A DNA stretch of 64,000 nt from Methanocorpusculum sp. (GCA_034932965.1 JAYFOG010000005.1:3296-67295), one strand, 5' to 3'; shown: positions 19,095-29,873, numbered from the stretch's first letter. The notes: generated by a model from the letters alone, not told the origin. Made by a program: numbers and translations.

Positions 19095-21241
19095 ATAAGT
19101 TCCCCGGAGGAGACAACACCCGAGATGCTCCCGCATTCTTCATAGAGCGGGGTATTTCTCCACCGGAGCGTCTTCTCGGCCCCGTCTTTACATAAGACCG
19201 TACCCTCATACACATAATCATCGTCCCGGACCTTTCCGGAAATGATCTTCCGGAACCCGTCCAGCCTCTGTTTTCTGGCCCTTTCGGGGACCGCGGTCAT
19301 AAACCAGTTTCTTCCCATCAGCTCCGCTTCAGTATAACCGAGGATCTTTGTCCCGTATCTGTTCAGCATCTCGACATTCCCGTCCCGGTTCACCATGACA
19401 AGCACAACGCCGGCAACATCAAGATAACTTCTCGTCCGATCCCGTTCCCGCTGAAGTTTTTCCTGCACCAGACACCGCGAAGCGACCGTGCTTATCTGGA
19501 ACGCTGTCGACAGCAGAAGCGTTCTGCGGACCGTATCCGGGGAAAGCGGTGTTTTCGAACCCAGGATCACACAGGCAACCGCCCGTCCTTCGAATATCAC
19601 CGGCATCAGAACCAGCGATTTCGCCTGATACATCGGGGCTGCAGTCGATTCCGGCAGAAGTTTCATCCGGTGTTTATCGAAGATCACCGGCTCGCCTTTT
19701 CTGATGATCCGGTGAATGATCGAGTCCGTATGGATCGCCGGTGAGAAACTCCCGTCTTTTGCCCGGAACAGGGTGTAATCATCAAAAATACTGCGCTGAT
19801 AGATGGCCACCGACTCATATCCGGATATCTTGGGAAGCATCTCAAGAAGAGGGTCCCACATCTCCTGGGTCGCTGACACGCCTTCCAGAATGAATGCGAG
19901 TTCCCGGCTCATCATCTGCCTCTGCCGGTCAGCATCCTCTTCTGTTATGTCGTTGACGATCGTCAGCAGATACTGGCGTTCGACCGAGAGTTTCATCGGG
20001 ATGACCCGCGCGGAGATGTATCTGGTTTCTCCGTTGACAACGATCCGGTCCTCGGATACACGGGCTTCTTTTCCGGTCGAAGCAACCGTGTCATGAGCTT
20101 CGGTCAGCCGGACGGATCCGATTTTCGCCAGGATCTCCTTGGAGGTCATATGGGAGAGCTCTGCGCGTGATTTCTGCAGGAACAGCTCCGCGGATTTGTT
20201 TACGTAATAGTATTTCCGTGACTCCATGCCGATAACGGTGATGATGGCAGGAATGTTGTTCATCACGGAATCCAGAAAACGTTTCCACCGTTTGGCCCCG
20301 AGTTCCGCATCCCTCCGGTCGGTAACGTCCCTCAGCGCTCCGTTATAGCCAAGAAAAATGGATTCCTCCTGTTCAAGAAGGACCGGGGACCCGGAAAATT
20401 CGCAGTAGATCTTTCTGCTGTCTTTGCAGATGAAAGGGAACTCAGGGAGGGTGAATCCGTTTTCACGGGAGACCGCAGATGCAAGTTCCCAGTCGAAACG
20501 TGCTGCCGCCCCGGCCGGCATGAACTCAGAGAGTTTGCGTCCGTTCATTTCCTCGGGCAGATAGCCGGTCACGCTGGTTATCTGGGGGCTGATGTACTGG
20601 AGACAAAATGTATCGTCCAGCGACCAGATGACATCGTGGATCGTTTCAACAAGGCGGCGAAACATCGCTTCGCTTTGTTCGAGCGCGGCTTCGGAGTTTA
20701 CTTTTTCGGTGATGTCGTCCCAGACGACGGTAACGCCGGGGCGTCCGTCGGAGAGGACCATAGGGTAGATCCGCTGATCCAGATAACAGTCAGACCCGTT
20801 TTTAATGAGACGAAGTTCGCTTCTGACCATCTCACCCTGAAGGGCCGAGCGGATCTGGTCGGTCAGGACATCGCTGCAGAATGTTTTACAGGCACTTTCA
20901 TAGACGTATTTTCCGATGATCTGATCGGATTCAGCGCCAATAAACGAGAGTAACGATTCGTTTGCCTGGATGACCCGGAGATCCGCATCGATCAGCAGGA
21001 CCATCTCGGAAGAGAGGTTGAGCATCGCGGATACGGGGACCCGTTTTGATAAGAAAAAAACCTTGGCTTTGCCAAAGGTGCGCATTTCGACCCGGCCGGA
21101 CACCAGCAGATTATCCATGTATCGCGCTATGGTGTTCCGGTTCAGATGCGTGGCGTCGGCGATTTCCGTGACTGACATCCCGCGGGGATTCTCGCGTAAA
21201 AGTGTGAGTATTTCAGAGAATTCGCCTGTCTGCTCTGCCAT
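19091..21241 (-). CDS. wHTH plus multi-PAS/GAF one-component sensor
   Basis: N-terminal HTH (GMSVTEIADATHLNRNTIARY), several PAS/PAC repeats and a GAF-like region. No kinase domain. Confidence 0.82.
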   Translation of the reverse strand: MAEQTGEFSEILTLLRENPRGMSVTEIADATHLNRNTIARYMDNLLVSGRVEMRTFGKAKVFFLSKRVPVSAMLNLSSEMVLLIDADLRVIQANESLLSFIGAESDQIIGKYVYESACKTFCSDVLTDQIRSALQGEMVRSELRLIKNGSDCYLDQRIYPMVLSDGRPGVTVVWDDITEKVNSEAALEQSEAMFRRLVETIHDVIWSLDDTFCLQYISPQITSVTGYLPEEMNGRKLSEFMPAGAAARFDWELASAVSRENGFTLPEFPFICKDSRKIYCEFSGSPVLLEQEESIFLGYNGALRDVTDRRDAELGAKRWKRFLDSVMNNIPAIITVIGMESRKYYYVNKSAELFLQKSRAELSHMTSKEILAKIGSVRLTEAHDTVASTGKEARVSEDRIVVNGETRYISARVIPMKLSVERQYLLTIVNDITEEDADRQRQMMSRELAFILEGVSATQEMWDPLLEMLPKISGYESVAIYQRSIFDDYTLFRAKDGSFSPAIHTDSIIHRIIRKGEPVIFDKHRMKLLPESTAAPMYQAKSLVLMPVIFEGRAVACVILGSKTPLSPDTVRRTLLLSTAFQISTVASRCLVQEKLQRERDRTRSYLDVAGVVLVMVNRDGNVEMLNRYGTKILGYTEAELMGRNWFMTAVPERARKQRLDGFRKIISGKVRDDDYVYEGTVLCKDGAEKTLRWRNTPLYEECGSISGVVSSGELI

Positions 21242-21721
21242 TATACTTTATTTGGTTCGGGAAATAATAATGCTTTGCACTATGCAGTGCATCTATGCCC
21301 ATCATCAATGCCGTGCAATGAGAGATATATTTAAATATAAGAGTAACAAATAGTATTGTAGCAGCTTGTGAGAAGAGCACAAGCGGCAAACAGACCCGTG
21401 AACAAAATCAGTTCTGTAAAATGGGAAACAAGGACACACCACACACACCGGCCTTTTCCACAGAATATACACCTCACAAAAACACCACACCACTACAGTT
21501 TTCGGGTCTGTTCCATAAAATACTCAGGTTAATGACACGTACCACTCTCTCTTAAAACCTCTCCAATTTTTTTAGGTTTTCTCCCTTCTTTGCCGGAAGG
21601 GGAAAATTCTATTGAAGATCACTGATCTGTTCTCTGTACTGATTTTCCGTAGAGCAGGCAGTTTTTTATTCGTCAAAACAGCAGAAGCGGATCAAAAAAA
21701 AAGCAGGATGGTCAGACAGAC

Positions 21722-23125
21722 TCACGGACAGGAGTATGAATCCACCATACAGATCCCGCGGTCATCCTCTTCTTCCCCGGGGATCGCCACCGGATACCGT
21801 CCGGTGAGACATCCCAGACAAAGATCATCGCGGGGGATGCCTATCGCCTGAATGAGTCCGTCCAGCGAGATGTGGGCCAGACTTGTTGCATCGATCTCCT
21901 TCTCCACTTCCGGAACGGATTTCTTCGAAGCGATCAGTTCATTTCTTGTGGGAAAATCGGTTCCAAGATAACAGGGGGCAATGATCGGCGGCGAGGCGAT
22001 CCTGAGATGGAGTTCCTTTGCGCCGAACTCGCGCACAAGCGACAGGATCTTTTTCGACGTCGTTCCCCGGACGATACTGTCATCAACAAGGACCACCGAC
22101 TTATCTTTGATATGGCCGCGGACCGGATTCAGCTTCATCCGAACGGCGATCTCGCGTTTTTCCTGGGTCGGCATAATAAAAGTCCGGCCTGTATACCGGT
22201 TTTTGATCAATGCTTCCCTGAACGGAATATTGGATTCGAGGGAAAATCCGGTCGCTGCCGCCGTTCCTGAATCCGGGATCGGCGAGATCAGATCCGCTTT
22301 TGCCGGAGCTTCCTGTGCAAGAAGCGCGCCGGTCTTTCTGCGGACATCATACACCGAAACGCCGTCGATGATCGAATCTGCCCGCGCGAAGTAGACATAC
22401 TCAAACATGCAGTGGGCACAGGACTTCGCTTTCATCATACTTCGGGAAAAGACCTCTCCCCCCTGCAGTCTGACACTTTCCCCCGGGACGATGTCACGGA
22501 CGAACTCTGCTCCGAGCGTATCCAGCGCCACGCTTTCTGAAGCGAGGATGTGACCGCCGGTCTCCGTTTTTCCAAGACACAGCGGTTTGATCCCCAGCGG
22601 ATCCCGGAACGCATACAGCGTCCCGTCCAGCATAAAGATCACCGCATACGACCCGCTGATCTTGCGCATACAGTAACTCACTGCCTCATCGGGCGTGTGA
22701 TCATGGATGATCTCATTTGCCAGGATCGCGGCAATGACCTCGGTATCCGAGGTCGTGGAAAAGATGTGCCCGTGTCCTTCGTACTCATACCTGAGTTCAT
22801 CCGTATTGATCAGATTCCCGTTATGGACGAGCGAGAGAGAATGCCCCCGGAACATAAAATGGAAGGGCTGGATGTTCTCCGGCTTCGACCCTCCGGTGGT
22901 CGGATATCGCACATGCCCGATACCGGTCGTTCCGGTCAGACGTTCGAGCACAGGTCCGTTAAATACCTCGGCTACCAGTCCGTAGCCTTTGTATTTATGT
23001 ACGGTCTCACCATCATACGTGAAGATGCCTGCACTCTCCTGACCCCGGTGCTGGAGTGCATATAATGCCAAGTATAATGATCCCGATACCTCAGCTGTAT
23101 CGGTGATGCCCGCGATGCCGCACAT
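21722..23125 (-). CDS. purF: Amidophosphoribosyltransferase
   Basis: N-terminal MCGI, LQHRGQESAG, GHVRYPT, VDDSIVRGTT motifs. Confidence 0.97.
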   Translation of the reverse strand: MCGIAGITDTAEVSGSLYLALYALQHRGQESAGIFTYDGETVHKYKGYGLVAEVFNGPVLERLTGTTGIGHVRYPTTGGSKPENIQPFHFMFRGHSLSLVHNGNLINTDELRYEYEGHGHIFSTTSDTEVIAAILANEIIHDHTPDEAVSYCMRKISGSYAVIFMLDGTLYAFRDPLGIKPLCLGKTETGGHILASESVALDTLGAEFVRDIVPGESVRLQGGEVFSRSMMKAKSCAHCMFEYVYFARADSIIDGVSVYDVRRKTGALLAQEAPAKADLISPIPDSGTAAATGFSLESNIPFREALIKNRYTGRTFIMPTQEKREIAVRMKLNPVRGHIKDKSVVLVDDSIVRGTTSKKILSLVREFGAKELHLRIASPPIIAPCYLGTDFPTRNELIASKKSVPEVEKEIDATSLAHISLDGLIQAIGIPRDDLCLGCLTGRYPVAIPGEEEDDRGICMVDSYSCP

Positions 23126-23159
23126 GTTGTGTAAATATTGGCTGTATTCAGATATAGGT

Positions 23160-23660
23160 TTAACAGACGAAGACCGCGGTCGCGATCACCGTCGTCCAGT
23201 TGCCGTTTTTATCCGTCTCGGCTGCAATACTGATGTTGCTGGTTTTCACAATATTTCCGCCCTCTTTTTCCATGATCGTTGCCAGCATCGTTCTTGCCAG
23301 CTCTTCGGCATATGCCCCGCACGCCTCTTCCGAGATCCCGAAACAGTGATGTTCGGAAAGATACCCGTGCTGCTTATCATGGATCTGGGGGACGGCAAGC
23401 CCGATAGAAGCCGCTATTGTCTGATCCGGCTCGTTCGATGCGTTTTTCGCCATAACGCAGTACACGATCTCCCCGGGTCTCAGATCGGCGAGCCCTTCCT
23501 CGCGCGAGACGATATCAGCGTCCGGAGGCATGATCGAAGAAACATACACCAGATTGAAAGGGGCGATCCCTGCGTTTCTGAGGGCCATCTCGAACGATAC
23601 GAGCTGATCTTTGTGAACACCCCGACCTTTGGTAAAGAATACTTTTGCAGGAACTGCCAT
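23160..23660 (-). CDS. pdaD: Pyruvoyl-dependent arginine decarboxylase
   Basis: SFEMALRNAGIAPFNLVYVSSIMP with the SS autocleavage site; GYLSEH. Confidence 0.92.
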   Translation of the reverse strand: MAVPAKVFFTKGRGVHKDQLVSFEMALRNAGIAPFNLVYVSSIMPPDADIVSREEGLADLRPGEIVYCVMAKNASNEPDQTIAASIGLAVPQIHDKQHGYLSEHHCFGISEEACGAYAEELARTMLATIMEKEGGNIVKTSNISIAAETDKNGNWTTVIATAVFVC

Positions 23661-23851
23661 CGTAGTTAATTGGTCTCATTAACTAGCTCTTAAGGGTTTG
23701 GTTCAGGGACCCGGCAGAAACCCGGAGTTCAATGAAGTGAATTAAATATGGGTATGTCCAATTAATTCTTACGTACAAAAAATCAGTTGGGGTACGCAGT
23801 ATCCCGATTTGGTTTTTTGAACAAAACACCAGTAAATCGAGGAAGTAATTG

Positions 23852-26062
23852 ATGGCGGATTCAGTAGTTGACAGTATTTTAGCGGCGAGATATTACCGTA
23901 CCGGTGAGGCATCGTTCGAAGATGTCTGCAGGCGGGTTGCAGATGCATTAGGTGAGACACCGGAAGAGACGAAGGAATACTTTGACGCGATGATGACATT
24001 GTCGTTTCTTCCCAACTCTCCTACACTGATGAACGCGGGGACCCCGCTCGGTCAGCTCTCGGCCTGCTTCACCCTTCCGGTGAACGACTCGCTCCCGGAG
24101 ATCTTTGATGCGATCCGCTGGGGAGCGATCATTCATCAGTCGGGAGGAGGGACAGGCTACAACTTCTCCCACCTTCGTCCCGAGGGCTCTCCGGTCCGTT
24201 CAACAGACGGCGTGGCCTCCGGTCCGGTCTCATTTATGCGGGTCTTCAACGCCGCCACCGATGTCATCAAACAGGGCGGCAGACGGCGCGGGGCAAATAT
24301 GGGCATTCTGAATGTCTGGCATCCGGACATCATGAAGTTCATCAAAAGCAAAGCCAAAGAAGGCGACTTCAGCAACTTCAATATCTCCATTATGGTCTCT
24401 GACGCGTTCATGGATCTGGTTGCCAGCGGTGAAATGGATAAAGTCTGGGTGACCGGCGCCGACGATGCAGAAATAACCGTCGGAGAGATATGGCATGGCA
24501 TCATCGAAGGGGTCTGGAAAAACGGCGAACCGGGTATCCTCTTCTACGATAGTATCAATAAGAAAAACCCCACTCCAAACCTTGGCGACATCGACACCAC
24601 CAACCCCTGCGGAGAACAGCCGCTCCTGCCTTTCGAATCCTGCGTTCTCGGCAGTATCAATCTGGCAAAGTTCGTCAGAGCCGACGGGATCAACTACGAA
24701 GCTCTGGATAAAATGACCAGAATGGGCATCCGGTTCCTTGACGCCGTCATTACCAAAAACGTCTTCCCGATCCCGGAGATCCGTTCGGCGACCAACCGCA
24801 CGCGAAAGGTCGGTCTCGGCCTGATGGGTGTCCACGATGCGATGCTCATGCTGCGGATCCCTTATGATTCAGAAGCCGGCAGAAACTTCTGCATCGAAGT
24901 GATGGAGCGGATCAACAATGTCTCCGTCGAAGAGTCGATTCGGCTCGGGAAAGAAAAGGGAACCTTCCCCGCATATGAAGGAAGTGTCTGGGATCAGCAG
25001 GGCATTATTATGCGAAACGCCGCCCTGACCACCATCGCCCCGACCGGAACCATCTCGCTTCTCGCCGGCTGCTCGTCGGGGATCGAACCGGTCTTTTCGT
25101 TTGCCTACACCCGGAGAAACACGGTCGGCAAAACATTCGTGATAGTCCACCCCTACTTTGAATCGGAACTCAGGCGTGTCATCACCTCGCTTGGGTTTTC
25201 CGGCGCCGAAGCGGAAGCAAAACGTGATGAGGTCATCGATCATGTCCATGAGACCGGATCGGTCCAGGATGTCGAGTGGCTGCCGGATTCATTCAGAGAC
25301 GTCTTCAAAACCGCTCTGGACATCGGCTGGAAGGATCATGTCCTGATGCAGGCGGCATTCCAGAAACATGTTCACGCCTCGATCTCGAAGACGATCAACA
25401 TGCCGGTTTCCGCAACCAGAGAGGATGTCGAACAGGCGGCCCTTCTTGCATGGAGAGAAGGGATCAAAGGCATGACCCTCTACAGGACCGGATCCCGGGA
25501 AGATGTTGTTCTTGCTCTGGAAAAACAGGAGACTGCAAAACCTGCCGAGGTCCCGGCGATGCCGGTTCCGGGTGTTGTCCCCCAGCTGCCCTTCACCCGT
25601 CCGCGGGAACTGGTCGGAAGGACGTTCCTTGCGCAGTCAGGCTGCTGCCGTCTGTATATCACGGTCAACACGATGGACGGCAAACCGATGGAAGTGTTCA
25701 TCCGGACCGTCGGAGCCGGATGTGAGGCAAGCAGCAATGCTCTTGGCCGGAGTATCAGCACCGGTCTGCAGAATGGAGTGCCGTATGAAAAGTTCGTGAA
25801 GCAGTTTGCGAAAGTGAACTGTGTTTCCGCGATCAAAAACAAAAACTCGGAAGGTATGTCCTGTGCCGATGTGGTTGGGAAATGCATCGAACTTGCGGCA
25901 ACCAACAAGGCGATCGCCACGCTGGACAACTGGTCGCTGACCCCGGTGACGCCCGGAGAAAAGAAGAATCCGCCCTGCCCCGAGTGCGGAGAGCCTCTTG
26001 ATTTCGGCGAGGGATGCAATCAGGGGATCTGCAAGCACTGCGGATGGAGCGGCTGCAGCTGA
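23852..26062 (+). CDS. nrdJ: Adenosylcobalamin-dependent ribonucleotide reductase (class II)
   Basis: PNSPTLMNAG, LSACF, GGRRRGANM, TNPCGEQPL, TIAPTGTIS motifs; C-terminal TSCPD domain and Zn ribbon. Confidence 0.95.
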   Translation: MADSVVDSILAARYYRTGEASFEDVCRRVADALGETPEETKEYFDAMMTLSFLPNSPTLMNAGTPLGQLSACFTLPVNDSLPEIFDAIRWGAIIHQSGGGTGYNFSHLRPEGSPVRSTDGVASGPVSFMRVFNAATDVIKQGGRRRGANMGILNVWHPDIMKFIKSKAKEGDFSNFNISIMVSDAFMDLVASGEMDKVWVTGADDAEITVGEIWHGIIEGVWKNGEPGILFYDSINKKNPTPNLGDIDTTNPCGEQPLLPFESCVLGSINLAKFVRADGINYEALDKMTRMGIRFLDAVITKNVFPIPEIRSATNRTRKVGLGLMGVHDAMLMLRIPYDSEAGRNFCIEVMERINNVSVEESIRLGKEKGTFPAYEGSVWDQQGIIMRNAALTTIAPTGTISLLAGCSSGIEPVFSFAYTRRNTVGKTFVIVHPYFESELRRVITSLGFSGAEAEAKRDEVIDHVHETGSVQDVEWLPDSFRDVFKTALDIGWKDHVLMQAAFQKHVHASISKTINMPVSATREDVEQAALLAWREGIKGMTLYRTGSREDVVLALEKQETAKPAEVPAMPVPGVVPQLPFTRPRELVGRTFLAQSGCCRLYITVNTMDGKPMEVFIRTVGAGCEASSNALGRSISTGLQNGVPYEKFVKQFAKVNCVSAIKNKNSEGMSCADVVGKCIELAATNKAIATLDNWSLTPVTPGEKKNPPCPECGEPLDFGEGCNQGICKHCGWSGCS

Positions 26063-26090
26063 GATTTTAAAAATGTCTGTTCATCCCTCT

Positions 26091-26157
26091 TTTTTTTAGT
26101 AGAAGTTACGCGGTGTTGGTGTTGATCCAATTCAGGAAGGGTCTGAATGGGTGTGGA
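26091..26157. repeat. Dispersed CACCGCGTAA-family repeat (inverted relative to 2259-2328)
   Basis: T-run then AGTAGAAGTTACGCGGTGTTG..GATCCAATT..GAAGG..ATGGGTGTGGA. Confidence 0.75.
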
Positions 26158-26190
26158 AATTTGAGGCGGCACCCGACAATAAATGCAAAA

Positions 26191-26472
26191 CAAAAAAAAA
26201 TATTCAGGTTTCACACAGGCATATCGCCCATGCGAAACTGCTTCATGACCCTTGGGACGTGAAAAATTAATCGAGGTAATCTTTCGGAGTCGGGATCTGT
26301 TCTTTCAGACCTTTTCTCTTTCTGATACCCATAACGATCTCGGAAAGCATTCCCTGGGGAACCGGGGAGAAACCTGCGAACTCAGGTGACCAAGTCGCAA
26401 ATCTTCGATTTGCTCCGCTCCCCCCTAAAAGGGGTCGCCATCGCACGGTCTTCAGCTGCTGAACGGATATCT
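26191..26472 (-). pseudogene. Tandem duplicate of the fusA 3' end and 3' UTR
   Basis: Aligns to 26545-26779. Carries synonymous changes and a 46-bp insertion at 26393-26438. Confidence 0.9.
26393..26438. mobile_element. 46-bp double-hairpin micro-insertion
   Basis: Present in the duplicate and absent from intact fusA at the same site (GACCA|CAT). No target duplication. Confidence 0.7.
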
Positions 26473-26619
26473 TTAGCGGGATTTTTCCTTGTTGGAAACA
26501 TGAAACAATATAGTTCATCAAAAAATATTCCCTGACAGAGAATTCAAAAAAAATATTCAGGTTTCACACAGGCATATCGCCCATGCGAAACTGCTTCATG
26601 ACCCTTGGGACGTGAAAAA

Positions 26620-28818
26620 TTAATCGAGGTAATCCTTCGGAGTCGGGATCTGTTCTTTGAGACCCTTTCTCTTTCTGATACCCATAACGATCTCGGAAAG
26701 CATTCCCTGGGGAACTGGGGAGAAACCTGCGAACTCGGTAGACCACATTGCGCGGCCTTCGGTTGCTGAACGGATATCTCCGGCGAAACCAAAGAGCTCG
26801 GCAACTGGTGCTTCACCATTGACCACGATCTGGTCACCCTCGGACTCGGTCGTAGACAGAGTGCCGCGGCGTCCCTGGATCTGGGAAATTGCTGCACCCA
26901 TCTGATCCTGCGGAACAGTGATCTGGATCCTCTGGATCGGTTCAAGAAGTGTGTCGCCGGCCATCAGAAGACCTGCCTTCATACCGCCGCGAACTGCCGG
27001 AATGACCTGTCCCGGACCACGGTGGATAGCATCCTCGTGAAGCTTCACATCGTGGAGTTTGATCAGAACATTCTGGACCTGCTCATCGGCAAGCGGTCCG
27101 CCGTCAAGTGCCTCGTGAACACCGTCAAGGATCAGTTCCATCGTTTCATTCAGGTACTGGATACCTTTCGTGCAGTCGATGAACATATTCGAGCCGTAGA
27201 TATCCTTAACGGACTTGGCCTCATCCTTGTCCATACCGAGTGCGAAAAGTGCATCACGGCGGGGGATGTTTTCCATGTTCATCGAGATCTCGCCGGACTG
27301 GATGGCTTTCAGGATCGCTTCCGGCATCGGCTCAACAGACATAAAGAATCTGTTGTGTCTGTTCGGAGACTTACCCTCAACCGTACCATCAAGAGGCTTT
27401 GCGACCGTCTCACGGTACACAACGATCGGCGGGGAGGTAACGATCTCTACACCCTTGTCTCTCTTGATACGGCCGGTAACGACCTCAAGGTGGAGTTCGC
27501 CCATACCGGCGATCAGGTGTTCGCCCGTCTCTTCATTGATGTTGATACGGACAGTCGGGTCTTCCTTTCCGACCTGGTGAAGAACCTCGATAAGCTTTGG
27601 AAGATCCTTCATGTTCTTCGCTTCGACAGCGACGGTCATAACGGGCTCGGAGTAGTGCTTCAGAGACTCAAACGGCGTCATGTCTTTAAGGGACGTAACG
27701 GTCGAACCAACGATCGCATCACTCAGACCGGTGACTGCCGCAATATTTCCGGCAACGACCTTTTCCACTTCAACACGGGTCGGACCCATGAAGATACCGA
27801 CACCCTGAAGTCTGTTCGGCTTGCCGGCTGTCCCGGAGATAAAGACCTCCTGACCGCGGGTAAGGGTTCCGGAGAAAAGTCTGCCGGTGGCGACCTCGCC
27901 TGCGTGCTTGTCAAAGGAGATATCGGTGATCATCATGGCGATCGGGCCGTTTGCATCACAGCCGTACATCGCTTTTCCGACCGGGGACTCAACGTCTCCG
28001 TGCCAGATGATGTGGCATCTCTTACCCTGTGCCTGAAGCGGGTTCGGGAGGAAAGTCACGACCATATCGAGAAGGACTGCGTGAAGCGGAGAAGCCTTTG
28101 CAAGGTACTTCATATCGCCTTCGTTACACTTGTCGATAACGGTCTGCAGTGAAACACCGGTCGTCTTGATGTAAGGGATCGAAACGGCCCAGTTGTAAAG
28201 AGCTGAACCAAAAGCGACGTTTCCTTTCATCGGATCGAGTTTCCATCCGCCTTTGGTGTAGAGCTCCTCGTTCATGCCTTTGATAAGCTTGTTGACCTTG
28301 TCAATGACTTTTCCAAGACGGATCATCATTTCCTGGGGGTTGACTTTCAGCTCGTTGATAAGTCTGTCGACCTTGTTGATGAACAGGACCGGGTGAACAC
28401 CCTCTTTGAGTGCCTGACGAAGAACGGTCTCCGTCTGGGGCATCGGACCTTCGACTGCATCGACAACGACGACTGCGCCGTCGACTGCACGCATTGCACG
28501 GGTAACATCCCCGCCGAAGTCGACGTGGCCGGGAGTATCGATCATGTTGATGAGATACTCATGGCCGCCGACCATGTGGACCATGGACACGTTCGATGCA
28601 TCGATGGTGATTCCGCGTGCCTGCTCTTCCTCATCCGAGTCCATCCAGCAGGCTTTGCCGGAAAGCTCCTCGCTGATCATCCCTGCTCCTGAGAGAAGGT
28701 TGTCTGAAAGGGTGGTCTTTCCGTGATCGATGTGCGCTACGATACCGATATTACGGATGTGCTCGGGATCATTCATGAGCTCCGTAATTCGTTCTACCAT
28801 TTTTTTTCCGCGTGACAT
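26620..28818 (-). CDS. fusA: Translation elongation factor 2 (aEF-2)
   Basis: [26 protein letters not shown] and the diphthamide loop HEDAIHRG. Confidence 0.98.
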   Translation of the reverse strand: MSRGKKMVERITELMNDPEHIRNIGIVAHIDHGKTTLSDNLLSGAGMISEELSGKACWMDSDEEEQARGITIDASNVSMVHMVGGHEYLINMIDTPGHVDFGGDVTRAMRAVDGAVVVVDAVEGPMPQTETVLRQALKEGVHPVLFINKVDRLINELKVNPQEMMIRLGKVIDKVNKLIKGMNEELYTKGGWKLDPMKGNVAFGSALYNWAVSIPYIKTTGVSLQTVIDKCNEGDMKYLAKASPLHAVLLDMVVTFLPNPLQAQGKRCHIIWHGDVESPVGKAMYGCDANGPIAMMITDISFDKHAGEVATGRLFSGTLTRGQEVFISGTAGKPNRLQGVGIFMGPTRVEVEKVVAGNIAAVTGLSDAIVGSTVTSLKDMTPFESLKHYSEPVMTVAVEAKNMKDLPKLIEVLHQVGKEDPTVRININEETGEHLIAGMGELHLEVVTGRIKRDKGVEIVTSPPIVVYRETVAKPLDGTVEGKSPNRHNRFFMSVEPMPEAILKAIQSGEISMNMENIPRRDALFALGMDKDEAKSVKDIYGSNMFIDCTKGIQYLNETMELILDGVHEALDGGPLADEQVQNVLIKLHDVKLHEDAIHRGPGQVIPAVRGGMKAGLLMAGDTLLEPIQRIQITVPQDQMGAAISQIQGRRGTLSTTESEGDQIVVNGEAPVAELFGFAGDIRSATEGRAMWSTEFAGFSPVPQGMLSEIVMGIRKRKGLKEQIPTPKDYLD

Positions 28819-28854
28819 AAAACACCTTTTTAAAAAAAAGAATATATGGGGGGA

Positions 28855-29439
28855 TCACCGTGCGGATTTTGCAATCCGTTCGACTTCTTCCTTCTTTCCA
28901 ACAGAGAAGCATTTTGCATCTCCTTTTGCCGCCATGATGAGTTCATCGGCGAGCACAAGGTATGCCGGCTTCTTTGTTTTGTGCGAGCCTCTCCAGGTTG
29001 CAAGAGCAATGTATCTGAGGGCAGTGTTGACACGGCGGATCGGGGCCGAGTCAACGGACTTTGGAACATTGATACCACCGTATTTCAGGCGGACGGTCTC
29101 CTCACGGGGGCCGGCATTTGCTACGGCATCAACAAGGACCTGAAGCGGGTTCTGCTTGGTCTTTTTGTTGATGACATCGAATGCGTCCATGACCATTTTA
29201 GTGCACATCATCTTCTTGCCGGTGTTGTACTCCTGCTGCATGAGACGGTTGATCAGTCTTTCGACGATCGCCATTTCACTTTTGGTGAACTGCTGCTGGG
29301 TAAGTCTGCCGCAGCTGCTTGGAACTTCGGTAGAGGTGACGGTAACATAACGGACCATTCCTGGGTCCTTTACGACAACTTCGCTCATATCCCACTTGTT
29401 AAAGAGAAGGATCTTGCTGGTGGCTGCTTCTTCTGTCAT
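28855..29439 (-). CDS. rps7: 30S ribosomal protein S7
   Basis: IVERLINRLM, NPLQVLVDAVANAGPREE, KKEEVERIAKSAR motifs. Confidence 0.97.
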   Translation of the reverse strand: MTEEAATSKILLFNKWDMSEVVVKDPGMVRYVTVTSTEVPSSCGRLTQQQFTKSEMAIVERLINRLMQQEYNTGKKMMCTKMVMDAFDVINKKTKQNPLQVLVDAVANAGPREETVRLKYGGINVPKSVDSAPIRRVNTALRYIALATWRGSHKTKKPAYLVLADELIMAAKGDAKCFSVGKKEEVERIAKSAR

Positions 29440-29444
29440 GCTAT

Positions 29445-29873
29445 TTACCTCCGTGCTTTCTCGGCACGTCCGATAACAAGTTCATTGAGAGAAACGCCGT
29501 TGACGCCGCTTACAACGAAACGGACACCGGGAATATCTCCCATTGAACGGCCTGCACGACCGCCGATACCACAAATGGTGACTTCGTCGTGTTCATCAAT
29601 GAAGTTGATAGCACCGTCGCCAACCGCGAAGGCGGTGACCTGGCGGCCGTTTTTGATCAGCTGAACACGGACACATTTTCTGATTGCCGAGTTCGGCTGT
29701 TTTGCTTCCACACCGACCTTTTCAAGGACGATTGCGCGTCCGAGTGGTGCTCCCTCGAGGGGATCTGCTTTCAGTTTCAGTTTAAGCGCTCTGCGCGAGT
29801 AAACTGAGTCGCTCCACCGGAATTTCTTTGCGGTGCGAACGAGATTTCTAGCTGCGAATTTTCCCTGTCCCAT
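29445..29873 (-). CDS. rps12: 30S ribosomal protein S12
   Basis: [21 protein letters not shown] and GDIPGVRF motifs. Confidence 0.98.
   Translation of the reverse strand: MGQGKFAARNLVRTAKKFRWSDSVYSRRALKLKLKADPLEGAPLGRAIVLEKVGVEAKQPNSAIRKCVRVQLIKNGRQVTAFAVGDGAINFIDEHDEVTICGIGGRAGRSMGDIPGVRFVVSGVNGVSLNELVIGRAEKARR

Noticed and set aside
23661-23851. Cobalamin riboswitch or NrdR boxes upstream of nrdJ
   Set aside because: No B12 box, and only weak unconvincing palindromes.
23852-26062. Intein in NrdJ (or in IleS/EF-2)
   Set aside because: Protein lengths are normal and no splicing or LAGLIDADG motifs were seen.
26267-26521. 84-aa ORF as a real gene
   Set aside because: It is a chimera of the fusA duplicate, the 46-bp insertion and out-of-frame sequence.
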